DNA of 64,000 nucleotides, taken from positions 1 through 64,000 of the IMG/VR virus record IMGVR_UViG_3300021962_000035; one strand, given 5' to 3'. The translations under genes were made by a program, and so were the position numbers. Below the pieces are notes generated by a model. The model ran no database searches. It had not been told where the DNA came from and worked only from the letters and a program-made list of their open reading frames with translations. Of the stretch, positions 26,785 through 35,865 are shown in pieces (the stretch's first letter is position 1; every line of letters begins with the position of its first letter). This DNA is from a virus.

Positions 26785-29289
26785 ATGGATTTTATAAACC
26801 AAGTTAAAAAACTGAAAGAACTAACAAAATCACCAGAGGTTAGACAAATTTGCGAGAGTTATCTTAGCGGATCCTCTGAGATGACCGAATCACAGGTTCT
26901 TGCCGCTCTTAACGAGCAAGCTTCAGCAGAAGCAACACCAGAAATGAAAAGCCACTGGGATTCTATAAAAAATGAGCAAATGGAGGAATCTAAAAAGAGA
27001 GCTTCAGCTTTAATGGAATCTTGGGGAGGTTTAAGAGGCAATGCTTCTTTAAATAATTCTGGTTCTTATATCGGAAACGAAAAGAAAGAAGAAACTAGCA
27101 AATCTCTTTTAGAGAGCCTAAATAACTTAGAAACAAACGACGATAGCACAAGATCTTTCGTTGAAGCTCAGGGACTTAGAAACTTAGGAGTTCTTGAATC
27201 AATCGGAAAAATCAAAGGCCTTTCTATTTACGAATACCCTAAGGTTAAAATCGTTTGTGAGCAGTATGCAAATATCATTGCAAATAAGAGCGTACCAGAA
27301 TTTTCAGTTATTCACAACTTCGTTGCTGAATTAGAATCTTTCAAATGGGACGTTACGGTTTTACCTATCATCGAAAATCTTAAAGAGAAGATTAATAAAT
27401 TCTCGAGAGAAATAGAAGTTTCTAAAGTTTTAGAATCTATTAAACAAAGTGGAAACAACAGTTTCTATTCTGAGCTTAGTGAATCATTAAGCAACTGGCT
27501 AATTTCTGAAAGCAAATCTTCAGGTTTACTTTCTAAAGAAATCTCAAAATGGTCTTTTAATCCAGTTGTTAGAAATTTAATCAATTACTTAAATGTTAAC
27601 GAGGCATCAGATTCTAGAAAATTGGAAATCCCTGTTAATGCTCAAGGAGAATCAAAAGTGGGAAGAATCTACTCACCAATCTTAATCGAGGGAGATAAAA
27701 CTATCTTTGCTATCGGAAATAGCTTATTTGAAGCTCAGGGAGAATCACTAAGAAAATTAAGCACAAAAGAAGTTGGATCTGTACCAGCTGATTATATCAG
27801 TTTGGTTAACTCTGCTCTTAGACCTTATGTTAAGATCAACGAAAACGGAATCTTAATCCAATTAGGAAAGAAATATGTTAGCTTGGTAGAAGAAAATGAA
27901 GGTGTTTCAGTTTACTTAGGTAAATCTAAACTAAACTTCAGAAGCGTAGGAGAATTGGCTAAAGTATTAGGCTTAGAATCTGCTTCACACTTTGCAGTTA
28001 ATGAATCTCAAGTAGTTGGTGATATCATCAATCTTTACGTAAACTTCTCTAACATCGTTGAGTTAGACTTTGCTAAAAATATAACTTCTAATATCTACGA
28101 AGGAGTTTCAGTTAACCTTATTAAATGGAACAGCGAAATTTACCTTCAAAGAATCAACGAAGGTATGAGAGAGAATTCAGTTTATAAAGTAAACGGATCT
28201 CAAGCGGTTAAAATGGTTAAGGATTATTTGAGATATGATATCTCTGAAGGTTTAACTGAATTCTTAGAAGGTGAGCAAAAACTTAAGTCTATCATGATTA
28301 ATGACAGAACTAAAGTACTAGAGAACATTTCTAGAATAGAAGATCAAATCAATAAGGTTGAGGGTCTAATGGAAAACAATCCTTTATATGCTTCTTCAAA
28401 GGAAATGAAATCCGCTCACGCTTTACTTAATAACGAACTTTCAGTATTAAGAGAAAAATGGAATCAGATCAATATTGAATTAAGTAAGATCGAGGATTCA
28501 CCAGAATATGAAACATTGTCTGAAGATGAGAAATTCAATATTGGTGACTATATCAAAGTTAAAGAATCTGGCGAAACTGGAAAGATCATTTCAGTAGATG
28601 CTTCATCAGGAAGATATACAGTTCTTTTGGATACCGGTAAAACTTCAGATTTCCTAGTTAATGAAATCTCTGATCTAGAAGAAGCTTTAAGCCAAGCAGC
28701 AGAAAAGAATTCTGATGATAAAGGAGAAGAGGAAGAAGGCGGAGAAGTTAAAGAGTCAGAAATCTCTAGAACCCTTGAAAAATCTGGTTTAAGCTTAGAG
28801 GAGCAAAAAGCTTTATTAAAAACTTTCTCTGACGGACACGGATTCACTAAAGCACCTAAGGGAGAAGGAGACGAAATCGAGATGGAACTCGATCATATGC
28901 ACGGTTACAATCTTACAGTTAACGAAGCTAAGGCTAAAGCAGATGCTATGGCTAAAGCACCAGGAAACAATAAGAAAGAAAAAGGTAAAGTGGAAGGCGA
29001 AGATGATTTAGCTGAAGGTCCAGAAACTAAGGATAAAACTGAATTTGAGGGTAAAGACGCAGATGGTAAGAACAAAGAAATCGGATACAATCTTAGAGAA
29101 GGAGTAGATGCTAATTTAGTAGAAGCACCGGAAAAAGGTAAAGCTGCTAAGGAGACAAAACATGTAACATCTTTAGATAAATTCATGAATTTAGCGGAAG
29201 CCCCAGGATCAGAAGGTGATATAGATTTCGAAGTAAATGATGAGATGGGTTACAACCTAGACGAATCTGACGATTTAAAAAAAAACTAA
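26785..29289 (+). CDS. Large probable prohead core / internal head protein with KOW/SH3-like domain
   Basis: Late promoter; many L/I/V-x-E motifs; FNIGDYIKVKESGETGKIISVD; C-terminal GYNL and xAEAP repeats. Confidence 0.6.
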   Translation: MDFINQVKKLKELTKSPEVRQICESYLSGSSEMTESQVLAALNEQASAEATPEMKSHWDSIKNEQMEESKKRASALMESWGGLRGNASLNNSGSYIGNEKKEETSKSLLESLNNLETNDDSTRSFVEAQGLRNLGVLESIGKIKGLSIYEYPKVKIVCEQYANIIANKSVPEFSVIHNFVAELESFKWDVTVLPIIENLKEKINKFSREIEVSKVLESIKQSGNNSFYSELSESLSNWLISESKSSGLLSKEISKWSFNPVVRNLINYLNVNEASDSRKLEIPVNAQGESKVGRIYSPILIEGDKTIFAIGNSLFEAQGESLRKLSTKEVGSVPADYISLVNSALRPYVKINENGILIQLGKKYVSLVEENEGVSVYLGKSKLNFRSVGELAKVLGLESASHFAVNESQVVGDIINLYVNFSNIVELDFAKNITSNIYEGVSVNLIKWNSEIYLQRINEGMRENSVYKVNGSQAVKMVKDYLRYDISEGLTEFLEGEQKLKSIMINDRTKVLENISRIEDQINKVEGLMENNPLYASSKEMKSAHALLNNELSVLREKWNQINIELSKIEDSPEYETLSEDEKFNIGDYIKVKESGETGKIISVDASSGRYTVLLDTGKTSDFLVNEISDLEEALSQAAEKNSDDKGEEEEGGEVKESEISRTLEKSGLSLEEQKALLKTFSDGHGFTKAPKGEGDEIEMELDHMHGYNLTVNEAKAKADAMAKAPGNNKKEKGKVEGEDDLAEGPETKDKTEFEGKDADGKNKEIGYNLREGVDANLVEAPEKGKAAKETKHVTSLDKFMNLAEAPGSEGDIDFEVNDEMGYNLDESDDLKKN

Positions 29290-29444
29290 GTCGTAACTTC
29301 TATTTCGCTCCGAAATTTGATAGTCAGAAGACTCCAGGAAAAGAATTTGTTGATTCGTCTGCAGGTAAATTAAGCAAGGCACCAACAGGTAAGGAACAAG
29401 AGGAACAAGAGGAAGAATCTGATTCTAAGGAAGACTCTAAATAA
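29286..29444 (+). CDS. 52-codon -1-frame extension of the 26785 ORF (frameshift product)
   Basis: Open frame LSRNFYFAPKFDSQKTPGKEFVDSSAGKLSKAPTGKEQEEQEEESDSKEDSK* begins at the A9 run, has no start codon, and ends before the terminator. Confidence 0.7.
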   Translation, partial: LSRNFYFAPKFDSQKTPGKEFVDSSAGKLSKAPTGKEQEEQEEESDSKEDSK

Positions 29445-29459
29445 TATAAAAAAATAACT

Positions 29460-29492
29460 GAGAACGTAGTTAAGCTACGTTCTCTTTTTTTT
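29460..29492 (+). terminator. Rho-independent terminator
   Basis: GAGAACGTAG-ttaag-CTACGTTCTC plus T-run. Confidence 0.88.
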
Positions 29493-29521
29493 GAAATATT
29501 TCTATTTTTTTCGACTAGAAA
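29493..29521 (+). promoter_or_regulatory. Middle/ECF-type promoter GAAAT-N17-CTAGAAA
   Basis: Between a terminator and the gp55-like sigma gene. Confidence 0.55.
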
Positions 29522-29554
29522 GAAATGACCAACCTTCAAAATAATAAAGAATTA

Positions 29555-29914
29555 ATGGCAAAAGACTATGTTAGAAATAGTGATCTTATCGTCGCTGTTA
29601 TAGAATCGAAAAAAGCGGGTAAACTTACCCCTGAGACTATAAGAATGTTTACCCTAATGATCCAGGGTATATCCAAAAAAATGGCCTATAAAGATCCAGA
29701 GGACAAAGAGGATTGCATGGCTTTTGCTATGGAAGATCTTTGTAAATATTGGGATAGATTCAATCCAGAAAAATCCAACAATCCCTTTGCTTACTTTACC
29801 CAGATAGCAAAGAATGGATTTGCAAAGGGATGGAAAAAATTACACCCACCAAAAAGTCCTAAAACTATCCCATTCAGCTACATAACAGGTGACGATAATT
29901 CGTATAACGTATAA
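29555..29914 (+). CDS. gp55: Late-transcription sigma factor (T4 gp55-like)
   Basis: YVRNSDL...DCMAFAMEDLCKYWDRFNPEKSNNPFAYFTQIAKNGF; likely start at ATG 29555. Confidence 0.85.
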   Translation: MAKDYVRNSDLIVAVIESKKAGKLTPETIRMFTLMIQGISKKMAYKDPEDKEDCMAFAMEDLCKYWDRFNPEKSNNPFAYFTQIAKNGFAKGWKKLHPPKSPKTIPFSYITGDDNSYNV

Positions 29915-29922
29915 AAGTTATC

Positions 29923-30408
29923 ATGACGGATATAAAAAAAGTAAAACCTAATGGGGATTACAAATCCGGAAAATTTGAACCCTCTAACCCAGATAAGTAT
30001 ATTGGAGATATCCACAACATAATATACAGATCTTCCTGGGAATATCGATTCTGTGTTTATTGCGATACTAATGAATCCATAATGAAATGGAGTTCTGAAC
30101 CTATAGCTATCAAGTACATCAATCCTCTGGACAAAAAGGAACATGATTACAATGTAGATTTTTATATAAAAGTTCTAAAAGAGTCTGGCGAAGAACAACA
30201 GTGGATAATAGAGATCAAGCCGGAGAGGCAGACTCAAAAGCCCATTTATGAGGGTACTATGACCCTTGCTAAGCTAAAATCATATAATCACAACATGCAG
30301 GTTTGGATAACGAACCAAGCAAAATTCAAAGCAGCTAAAGAATGGGCTGGGAAAAGAGGATTTAGATTCGGTGTGGTCGATGAAAAATTCCTATTTAAAA
30401 GTAAATGA
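29923..30408 (+). CDS. gp4: Head completion nuclease (T4 gp4-like, TnsA fold)
   Basis: GKFEPSNPDKYIGD...IIYRSSWE...WSSEP...VDFY...IEIKP. Confidence 0.92.
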   Translation: MTDIKKVKPNGDYKSGKFEPSNPDKYIGDIHNIIYRSSWEYRFCVYCDTNESIMKWSSEPIAIKYINPLDKKEHDYNVDFYIKVLKESGEEQQWIIEIKPERQTQKPIYEGTMTLAKLKSYNHNMQVWITNQAKFKAAKEWAGKRGFRFGVVDEKFLFKSK

Positions 30409-31010
30409 AATATTCAGAATCTGTATTACAATACAAGAAAGAATTCAACAGTATTGCAGAGCTAGTAAAGAATACTGATGATGTGTTTTCCGAGAAATAT
30501 TTCTCCGGAGGAAATTCGGAGAAGAGTTTTTCCCCTCCTTTTATACCCGGAGAAATATATGCCTTTCCCTATCCCACTGACAGCGAGTTGTCAGATAAGA
30601 GAAAGTTTATAGACAGAAATCCTATAGTATTATGCACAGATTCTTACCCGACACCGGAAAATGGTGTGATATTAAGAGGTATCGATCTTGTCGTAACACC
30701 TCCGGAGTATAGAATGAAAATAGTGGGAAAGGTTTATGATAACTTTTCTTCCATGATAGAAAAAAATCAGAATTACTATACAAAAGGTGGAGCTATATCT
30801 CCCTTGCCTTTAACTAATATCAATCTTAAGAATATGCTTGCTAATACCGGATATGAGTTTTCTCTGTTTGGATTCAAGACAAGGTTCATCAGAGAAATAC
30901 ATGTTTTGGACTTAGAAGACTGGTATAAATTACCTTATCTGAGAAGGGGCGATGTAGAGGGCTTAGATCTGCAGGGGATATATAAGGAATACCAATCGAA
31001 ATTAATTTAA
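30405..31010 (+). CDS. DNA end protector (T4 gp2-like)
   Basis: FIPGEIYAFPY...FIDRNPIVL; overlaps gp4 and precedes the portals. Confidence 0.55.
   Translation: MKYSESVLQYKKEFNSIAELVKNTDDVFSEKYFSGGNSEKSFSPPFIPGEIYAFPYPTDSELSDKRKFIDRNPIVLCTDSYPTPENGVILRGIDLVVTPPEYRMKIVGKVYDNFSSMIEKNQNYYTKGGAISPLPLTNINLKNMLANTGYEFSLFGFKTRFIREIHVLDLEDWYKLPYLRRGDVEGLDLQGIYKEYQSKLI
30977..30984 (+). promoter_or_regulatory. Late promoter GATATATA
   Basis: In the 3' end of the gp2-like gene, upstream of portal A. Confidence 0.6.
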
Positions 31011-31042
31011 GTTTTGATAGTAGAATAACTAAAACATACTAA

Positions 31043-32656
31043 ATGGCCGGTTTTGTAGACAATAATGATCCATCTCAATCCCCTGTTATACAGAGGATCA
31101 GGGAATCAGTGAGGAAACTGAGTACTTTTGGTATGAAGTATGATGACATGGTCATCAGAAATTCACAAGCTGTTGGTGTTACTGAGGCTGCTTTTTTAAA
31201 TAAGAACAAAGCTAATGTAGAGGACGAAAGCATGCTTTGGACCTTAGCAAAGCAGGATATCACAACAAAGCAGTTCATTTCATATTTCGATAAAGACTAT
31301 AAGGGCAAAAGGGATTATCTAAGAAAATTCTCGCTTAATCCCGAGATAGAATGGGTTCTAGATACGATATGTGACGAAGCCATTTCTTACGATCCCGCTA
31401 ATTTCTTTGCATACCCGGATTTCATAGATCTTTCAGACATAAATGAAAAGCTAAAAGAGGATCTTTATGAGAATTATAAAAAGCTTTATGACATCTGGGG
31501 ATTTACCGACGACATTACTGGATGGCAGTACTTTAGACAATTTTTAGTTGACGGATTTTTATGCTTTGAGATAATCTACGATAACGAGGGTAAATATATC
31601 ATAGGATTTAAAGAATTGGATCCTGTTACTATAATACCGAGTGTAGAGAAACAGGTAGACGGAACTTTTGTTAATACCTGGACCCAATTCCCACAAGACC
31701 CGAAAAGGAGAAGAATACTTTACGATCCGCAGATAATCTATATTTCTTATGCTAAAGGAAATGCAATCTCTAGGGTAAGTTATATCGAGAGGCTAATTAG
31801 ACCGTATAACATTCTGAGAATTATAGAATACACTAGAGTTATCTGGTCTGTTATGAATTCATCTTTTAGATTAAAGATGACAGTTCCTATCGGTACTAAA
31901 TCACCTCAAAAGGGTATGCAAACCTTGGGTGAACTTATGAGTATCTATAAGGAGGATGTCCAGCTTAATGATGAGAGCGGGGAATTACTAATTGACGGTA
32001 AACCTAAGATCCAGTTTTATAAAAACTATCTTATGCCCTCTGGTGTTAATGGTACGCCTACCATAGAACCTGTTACCACTGAGGGACCTAATCTAAATGA
32101 TCCTGCACCTTTGTCTTACTTCTTTGATAAGTTCGTGCAAGAATCTAAAGTTCCGCCTTCAAGGTTTCACACTCCAGACGGTGGAAACACTTCTCCATAT
32201 TCAAACGGAGCGGAAGGATTAGATAAGGAAGAAATAAGATTTGCTAAGTTTGTAGAAAGACTTAGATCAATTTTCCAGGAGATATTAACAAAGCCACTTT
32301 GGATTCAAATGGCTAAAAAATATCCTAACCTGGAGAAGGACTTCTTATTTAAGAGCCAATTGGGACTAGATTATTTCTCTGATAATCCATTTAAGATCAA
32401 TCAGGAGATGGATATTATTAATAAAAGGAAAGAATCCGTTACTGCTATGACAGGATTACTCGGAGACGAAGAGAAGCCATATTTCTCTACCGCTTTCCTT
32501 ATTGAGACTTTCCTTGGTATGTCCAGACAGGATATAATAGCAAATAAGGAAGCCATGGAGAGAAAAGCTAAGGAGAAGGAAAAAGCAGAGAAGAAAGAAG
32601 GCGGGGAAGAAGGCGGGGAAGAAAAAGAAGGGGAAGCACCAGAAGTAACACTATAA
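31043..32656 (+). CDS. gp20: Portal protein, paralog A (T4 gp20-like)
   Basis: YFRQFLVDGFLCFEII, SYIERLIRPYNILRIIE, KVPPSRF, EEIRFAKFVERLRSIF. Confidence 0.93.
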   Translation: MAGFVDNNDPSQSPVIQRIRESVRKLSTFGMKYDDMVIRNSQAVGVTEAAFLNKNKANVEDESMLWTLAKQDITTKQFISYFDKDYKGKRDYLRKFSLNPEIEWVLDTICDEAISYDPANFFAYPDFIDLSDINEKLKEDLYENYKKLYDIWGFTDDITGWQYFRQFLVDGFLCFEIIYDNEGKYIIGFKELDPVTIIPSVEKQVDGTFVNTWTQFPQDPKRRRILYDPQIIYISYAKGNAISRVSYIERLIRPYNILRIIEYTRVIWSVMNSSFRLKMTVPIGTKSPQKGMQTLGELMSIYKEDVQLNDESGELLIDGKPKIQFYKNYLMPSGVNGTPTIEPVTTEGPNLNDPAPLSYFFDKFVQESKVPPSRFHTPDGGNTSPYSNGAEGLDKEEIRFAKFVERLRSIFQEILTKPLWIQMAKKYPNLEKDFLFKSQLGLDYFSDNPFKINQEMDIINKRKESVTAMTGLLGDEEKPYFSTAFLIETFLGMSRQDIIANKEAMERKAKEKEKAEKKEGGEEGGEEKEGEAPEVTL

Positions 32657-32665
32657 AAATAAGAG

Positions 32666-34291
32666 ATGGCAGGATTTTTAGATTTTTTAAGACCTAACGA
32701 GTCAGCTTTAGGTAACATACTGAGAAGCCTTGGTAAAGTATCCAAGTTCGGTATGCAGTATGATGACATGGTCGTTAGAAATTCTCAGGCCGTAGGTAAA
32801 ACAGAAAGTTATTTCTTTAATCAGCAAGGAACTGGATTTACCCAGGATGACGCTTTTTACTGGACAGCTTCTTACCAGGATACCAAGGTAAGAAAATACA
32901 TCGCATACTTCGATAAGGACTATGTAGAAAAAAGAAACTTCTTAAGAAAATTTTCACTAAATGGAGAAATTGAATTTATTATTGATACGATTACAGACGA
33001 ATCTATCACTTATGACGATAGAAATTATTTTGCTAATCCTTCTTTCCTTAATTTAGATCTAAAGGAGAAGGTATTAAATAAGATATCTCTACATTATAAT
33101 AGGCTGTACAATATATTTGGGTTCCAAAATTCCGTACTTGCTTGGCAGTATTTCAAACAATTTTTAATTGACGGATTTCTCGCATTTGAGATTATCTATG
33201 ACAACAAAGGAAAAGAGATAATCGGATTTAAAGAGCTTGATCCATCTTCTCTACAACCCGCTGTTGAAAAGATAGGGGAAAATGAATACCAACAATTTTG
33301 GATTCAGTATCCAAAAAATCCTCAAATGACTAGGAAACTAACAAATGAGCAAATCATTTATATTTCTTATGCTAAGGGTAATAGCGTATCTAGGGTTAGC
33401 TATATAGAAAGACTCGTTAGATCCTACAACATTCTAAGAATCATGGAGAATTCCAGAATCATCTGGAATGTTATGAATGCTTCTTATAGATTGAAGTTTA
33501 TTATTCCTACTGGTAGCCAATCTCCTCAAAAAGCTATGCAGACTTTAGGCCAGCTAATGTCTAACTACAAGGAGGATATTACCATTAATGACGCTTCAGG
33601 TGAATTAACGGTAAATGGAAGACCTAAGGTTCAGTTTTATAAAAACTATCTATTTCCTGAACAGAATGGTCAATCACCTCAGATAGAATCATTAAATCCT
33701 AATGGTCCGGATTTTAATGTTATGGATAATGTTCTTTATTTCTATAACAAGTTAAAAATGGATTCCAAAATACCTTATGCTAGATTTGCTTCAAGGGCTG
33801 CTGGTCCTGTTAATTATCAGATAGGTATAGATCAGTTGGAAAGAGACGAGATAAGGTTTGAGAAATTCCTAAGAAGATTAAGATCTATTTTCCAGGAGAT
33901 ACTTGTCAAGCCCCTTTATATTCAAATGTGCTTAGATTTTCCTGAGTTGTCAAGAGATAGAAGCTTTAAAGCAAATCTGGGATTGGATTTTCACAGAGAA
34001 AGTGAGTTTGAAGAAATGGTTCAACTTACCAACTTTACTAAGAGAAGCGAATTCATAAAAGGCTTAGGCGAGCTTAAAGTTAAGGTCGGAGAGGAAGAGA
34101 AAGCATACTTTGATAATGATTATCTTATACAAAGATTCCTTGGGTTAACTCCGGATCAAATAGCTACAAACGAAAGCTATTTGAAAAAAGAAGCAAAAGC
34201 TGCTCCTAAGAAAGAGGAAGGCGGAGCTGAAGGCGAGGCCGCTCCAGCGGAGGGCGAGGGCGAAGGAGAAGCTCCGGAGGTAACTCTATAA
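32666..34291 (+). CDS. gp20: Portal protein, paralog B (T4 gp20-like)
   Basis: YFKQFLIDGFLAFEII, SYIERLVRSYNILRIME, KIPYARF, DEIRFEKFLRRLRSIF. Confidence 0.93.
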   Translation: MAGFLDFLRPNESALGNILRSLGKVSKFGMQYDDMVVRNSQAVGKTESYFFNQQGTGFTQDDAFYWTASYQDTKVRKYIAYFDKDYVEKRNFLRKFSLNGEIEFIIDTITDESITYDDRNYFANPSFLNLDLKEKVLNKISLHYNRLYNIFGFQNSVLAWQYFKQFLIDGFLAFEIIYDNKGKEIIGFKELDPSSLQPAVEKIGENEYQQFWIQYPKNPQMTRKLTNEQIIYISYAKGNSVSRVSYIERLVRSYNILRIMENSRIIWNVMNASYRLKFIIPTGSQSPQKAMQTLGQLMSNYKEDITINDASGELTVNGRPKVQFYKNYLFPEQNGQSPQIESLNPNGPDFNVMDNVLYFYNKLKMDSKIPYARFASRAAGPVNYQIGIDQLERDEIRFEKFLRRLRSIFQEILVKPLYIQMCLDFPELSRDRSFKANLGLDFHRESEFEEMVQLTNFTKRSEFIKGLGELKVKVGEEEKAYFDNDYLIQRFLGLTPDQIATNESYLKKEAKAAPKKEEGGAEGEAAPAEGEGEGEAPEVTL

Positions 34292-34460
34292 TTCCGTAAT
34301 CCATCGTTTATTTGACTTATAGGCACTCTTTATAATTTATTAATCAAACATATGCAATTTACCGCAGGTTTCAAAATAGGGCGGTTAAAATAGCAAAAGG
34401 AAGGGTTTAAATGCTTCTAACAATTTGTCCTTAATATTTTTTTTAACCGGGATCATTTCT

Positions 34461-34468
34461 TATATTTG
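34461..34468 (+). promoter_or_regulatory. Bacteroidota-type -7 element (TATATTTG)
   Basis: Upstream of the ligase; flanks closely match the 21389 site. Confidence 0.7.
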
Positions 34469-34485
34469 CAGAAAAATAATAAGAA

Positions 34486-35832
34486 ATGGTATTCGATGAA
34501 ATGGTAAACAACATCAAGATTCTTAAAGTTTTAGAATCTTTGACCGGCGAGGGATCGCAAAAAGCAAAGCAATCATTAATCAAGACGTCGATCAATCCTA
34601 AAATGGAGTACATTCTCGACACTTGTTTTAACCCCTTTGTTACTACAAAGCTTCACAAGCTAAATTTCCCAGAAAAATCTAATTCAGAAAATCCCAATTT
34701 ATGGGAAGATTTCAAAGATCTGGTTGAGGATCTGAAGAAAGCACCTGCTGCAAATGATTCCCTTAGATCTAGGGCAGAGGTCCTACTCGGAGCTAGGTTA
34801 TCTGAGAACGAGTCAGAGGACACTGAATTGAGAAAAAACCTAATGAAAATCCTTACCAAAAGGATGAACATAGGGATTGGTGCAAAATTAATTAACAAAG
34901 CAGTAGGCAGGGAATTGATTCCTGATCCTTCTCTTATGTTGGCTACTGACGATCATAAAGTGATCGAAAAGTGGGACAAGATCTACTGTGAGGAAAAATA
35001 CGATGGCGTACGTGTAATAGCTATCTACAAGAATGGTGAAATCACATACTTTACTCGTGCATTCAACGAACTTGATGCTACTTGCTTTCCGAAGATAACT
35101 TTCGATTTAAAACTCTGCATGATAAACTCTGGACTATCAGGTAACTGGTTTTTCGATGGAGAATTAACCGATTTGAACAGAAAATCCGTTAGCGGTAAAG
35201 TAACACAAATTCTTAAAGGTACGGCAAGCGATAAAATCGAAAGCGGATTTCTTTTTAATGTTTTCGATTTTGATGAACTCATTACTCTAGATAAGGGAAG
35301 CGGGGTTCTAGAATATGTTGATCGTAGAGATACGTTAGAAAAAATCACTAGCGGATTATCGGAGGATTCTCCGGTGAAGCTTGCTCAAATGTGGGAATTG
35401 TCAGATCCTTCTGAAATCACTGCCATCTATAAAAAAATAGTAGATATTGGCGGCGAAGGAGTTATCTGCAAGGATAACGGAGTTTATGAATGCAAGAGAT
35501 CTAAATCTTGGGTTAAATTCAAGGAAGTTAACGAGTGCGATCTTGAAATAACTGGATGGTATCCAGGAGAGGGAAAAAGAGAGGGTCTTATCGGAGGATT
35601 TATTTGCACAGACCTTTCAAAAACACTTAATGTTAAGATTGGATCTGGTTTCAATGATAACGATCTTAAGGAACTTAGTAAAGATCCGGATTCACACATC
35701 GGAAAGATTGCAGCAATACAATACAACGTAACGATCACGGATAAACACGAGAACAGATCTTTATTCTTGCCTCGATTTGTCGAGGTTCGTCACGATAAAA
35801 ATTCTGCTGATGATCTTTCTAGTAAATTTTAA
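34486..35832 (+). CDS. ATP-dependent DNA ligase
   Basis: Motif I EEKYDGVR, FDGEL, FDFD, EGVICK, WVKFK, and FLPRF in the OB domain. Confidence 0.96.
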   Translation: MVFDEMVNNIKILKVLESLTGEGSQKAKQSLIKTSINPKMEYILDTCFNPFVTTKLHKLNFPEKSNSENPNLWEDFKDLVEDLKKAPAANDSLRSRAEVLLGARLSENESEDTELRKNLMKILTKRMNIGIGAKLINKAVGRELIPDPSLMLATDDHKVIEKWDKIYCEEKYDGVRVIAIYKNGEITYFTRAFNELDATCFPKITFDLKLCMINSGLSGNWFFDGELTDLNRKSVSGKVTQILKGTASDKIESGFLFNVFDFDELITLDKGSGVLEYVDRRDTLEKITSGLSEDSPVKLAQMWELSDPSEITAIYKKIVDIGGEGVICKDNGVYECKRSKSWVKFKEVNECDLEITGWYPGEGKREGLIGGFICTDLSKTLNVKIGSGFNDNDLKELSKDPDSHIGKIAAIQYNVTITDKHENRSLFLPRFVEVRHDKNSADDLSSKF

Positions 35833-35861
35833 GAAACAACTTCTTTTTTTAACTCTAGAAA
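35833..35861 (+). promoter_or_regulatory. Middle/ECF-type promoter GAAAC-N17-CTAGAAA
   Basis: Upstream of the clamp loader. Confidence 0.6.
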
Positions 35862-35865
35862 TAAT

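Noticed and set aside
34292-34460. About 170-bp non-coding gap as tRNA/ncRNA, small ORF or origin
   Set aside because: No cloverleaf, stable hairpin or credible ORF was found by eye. It remains unexplained; a covariance-model search would be needed.
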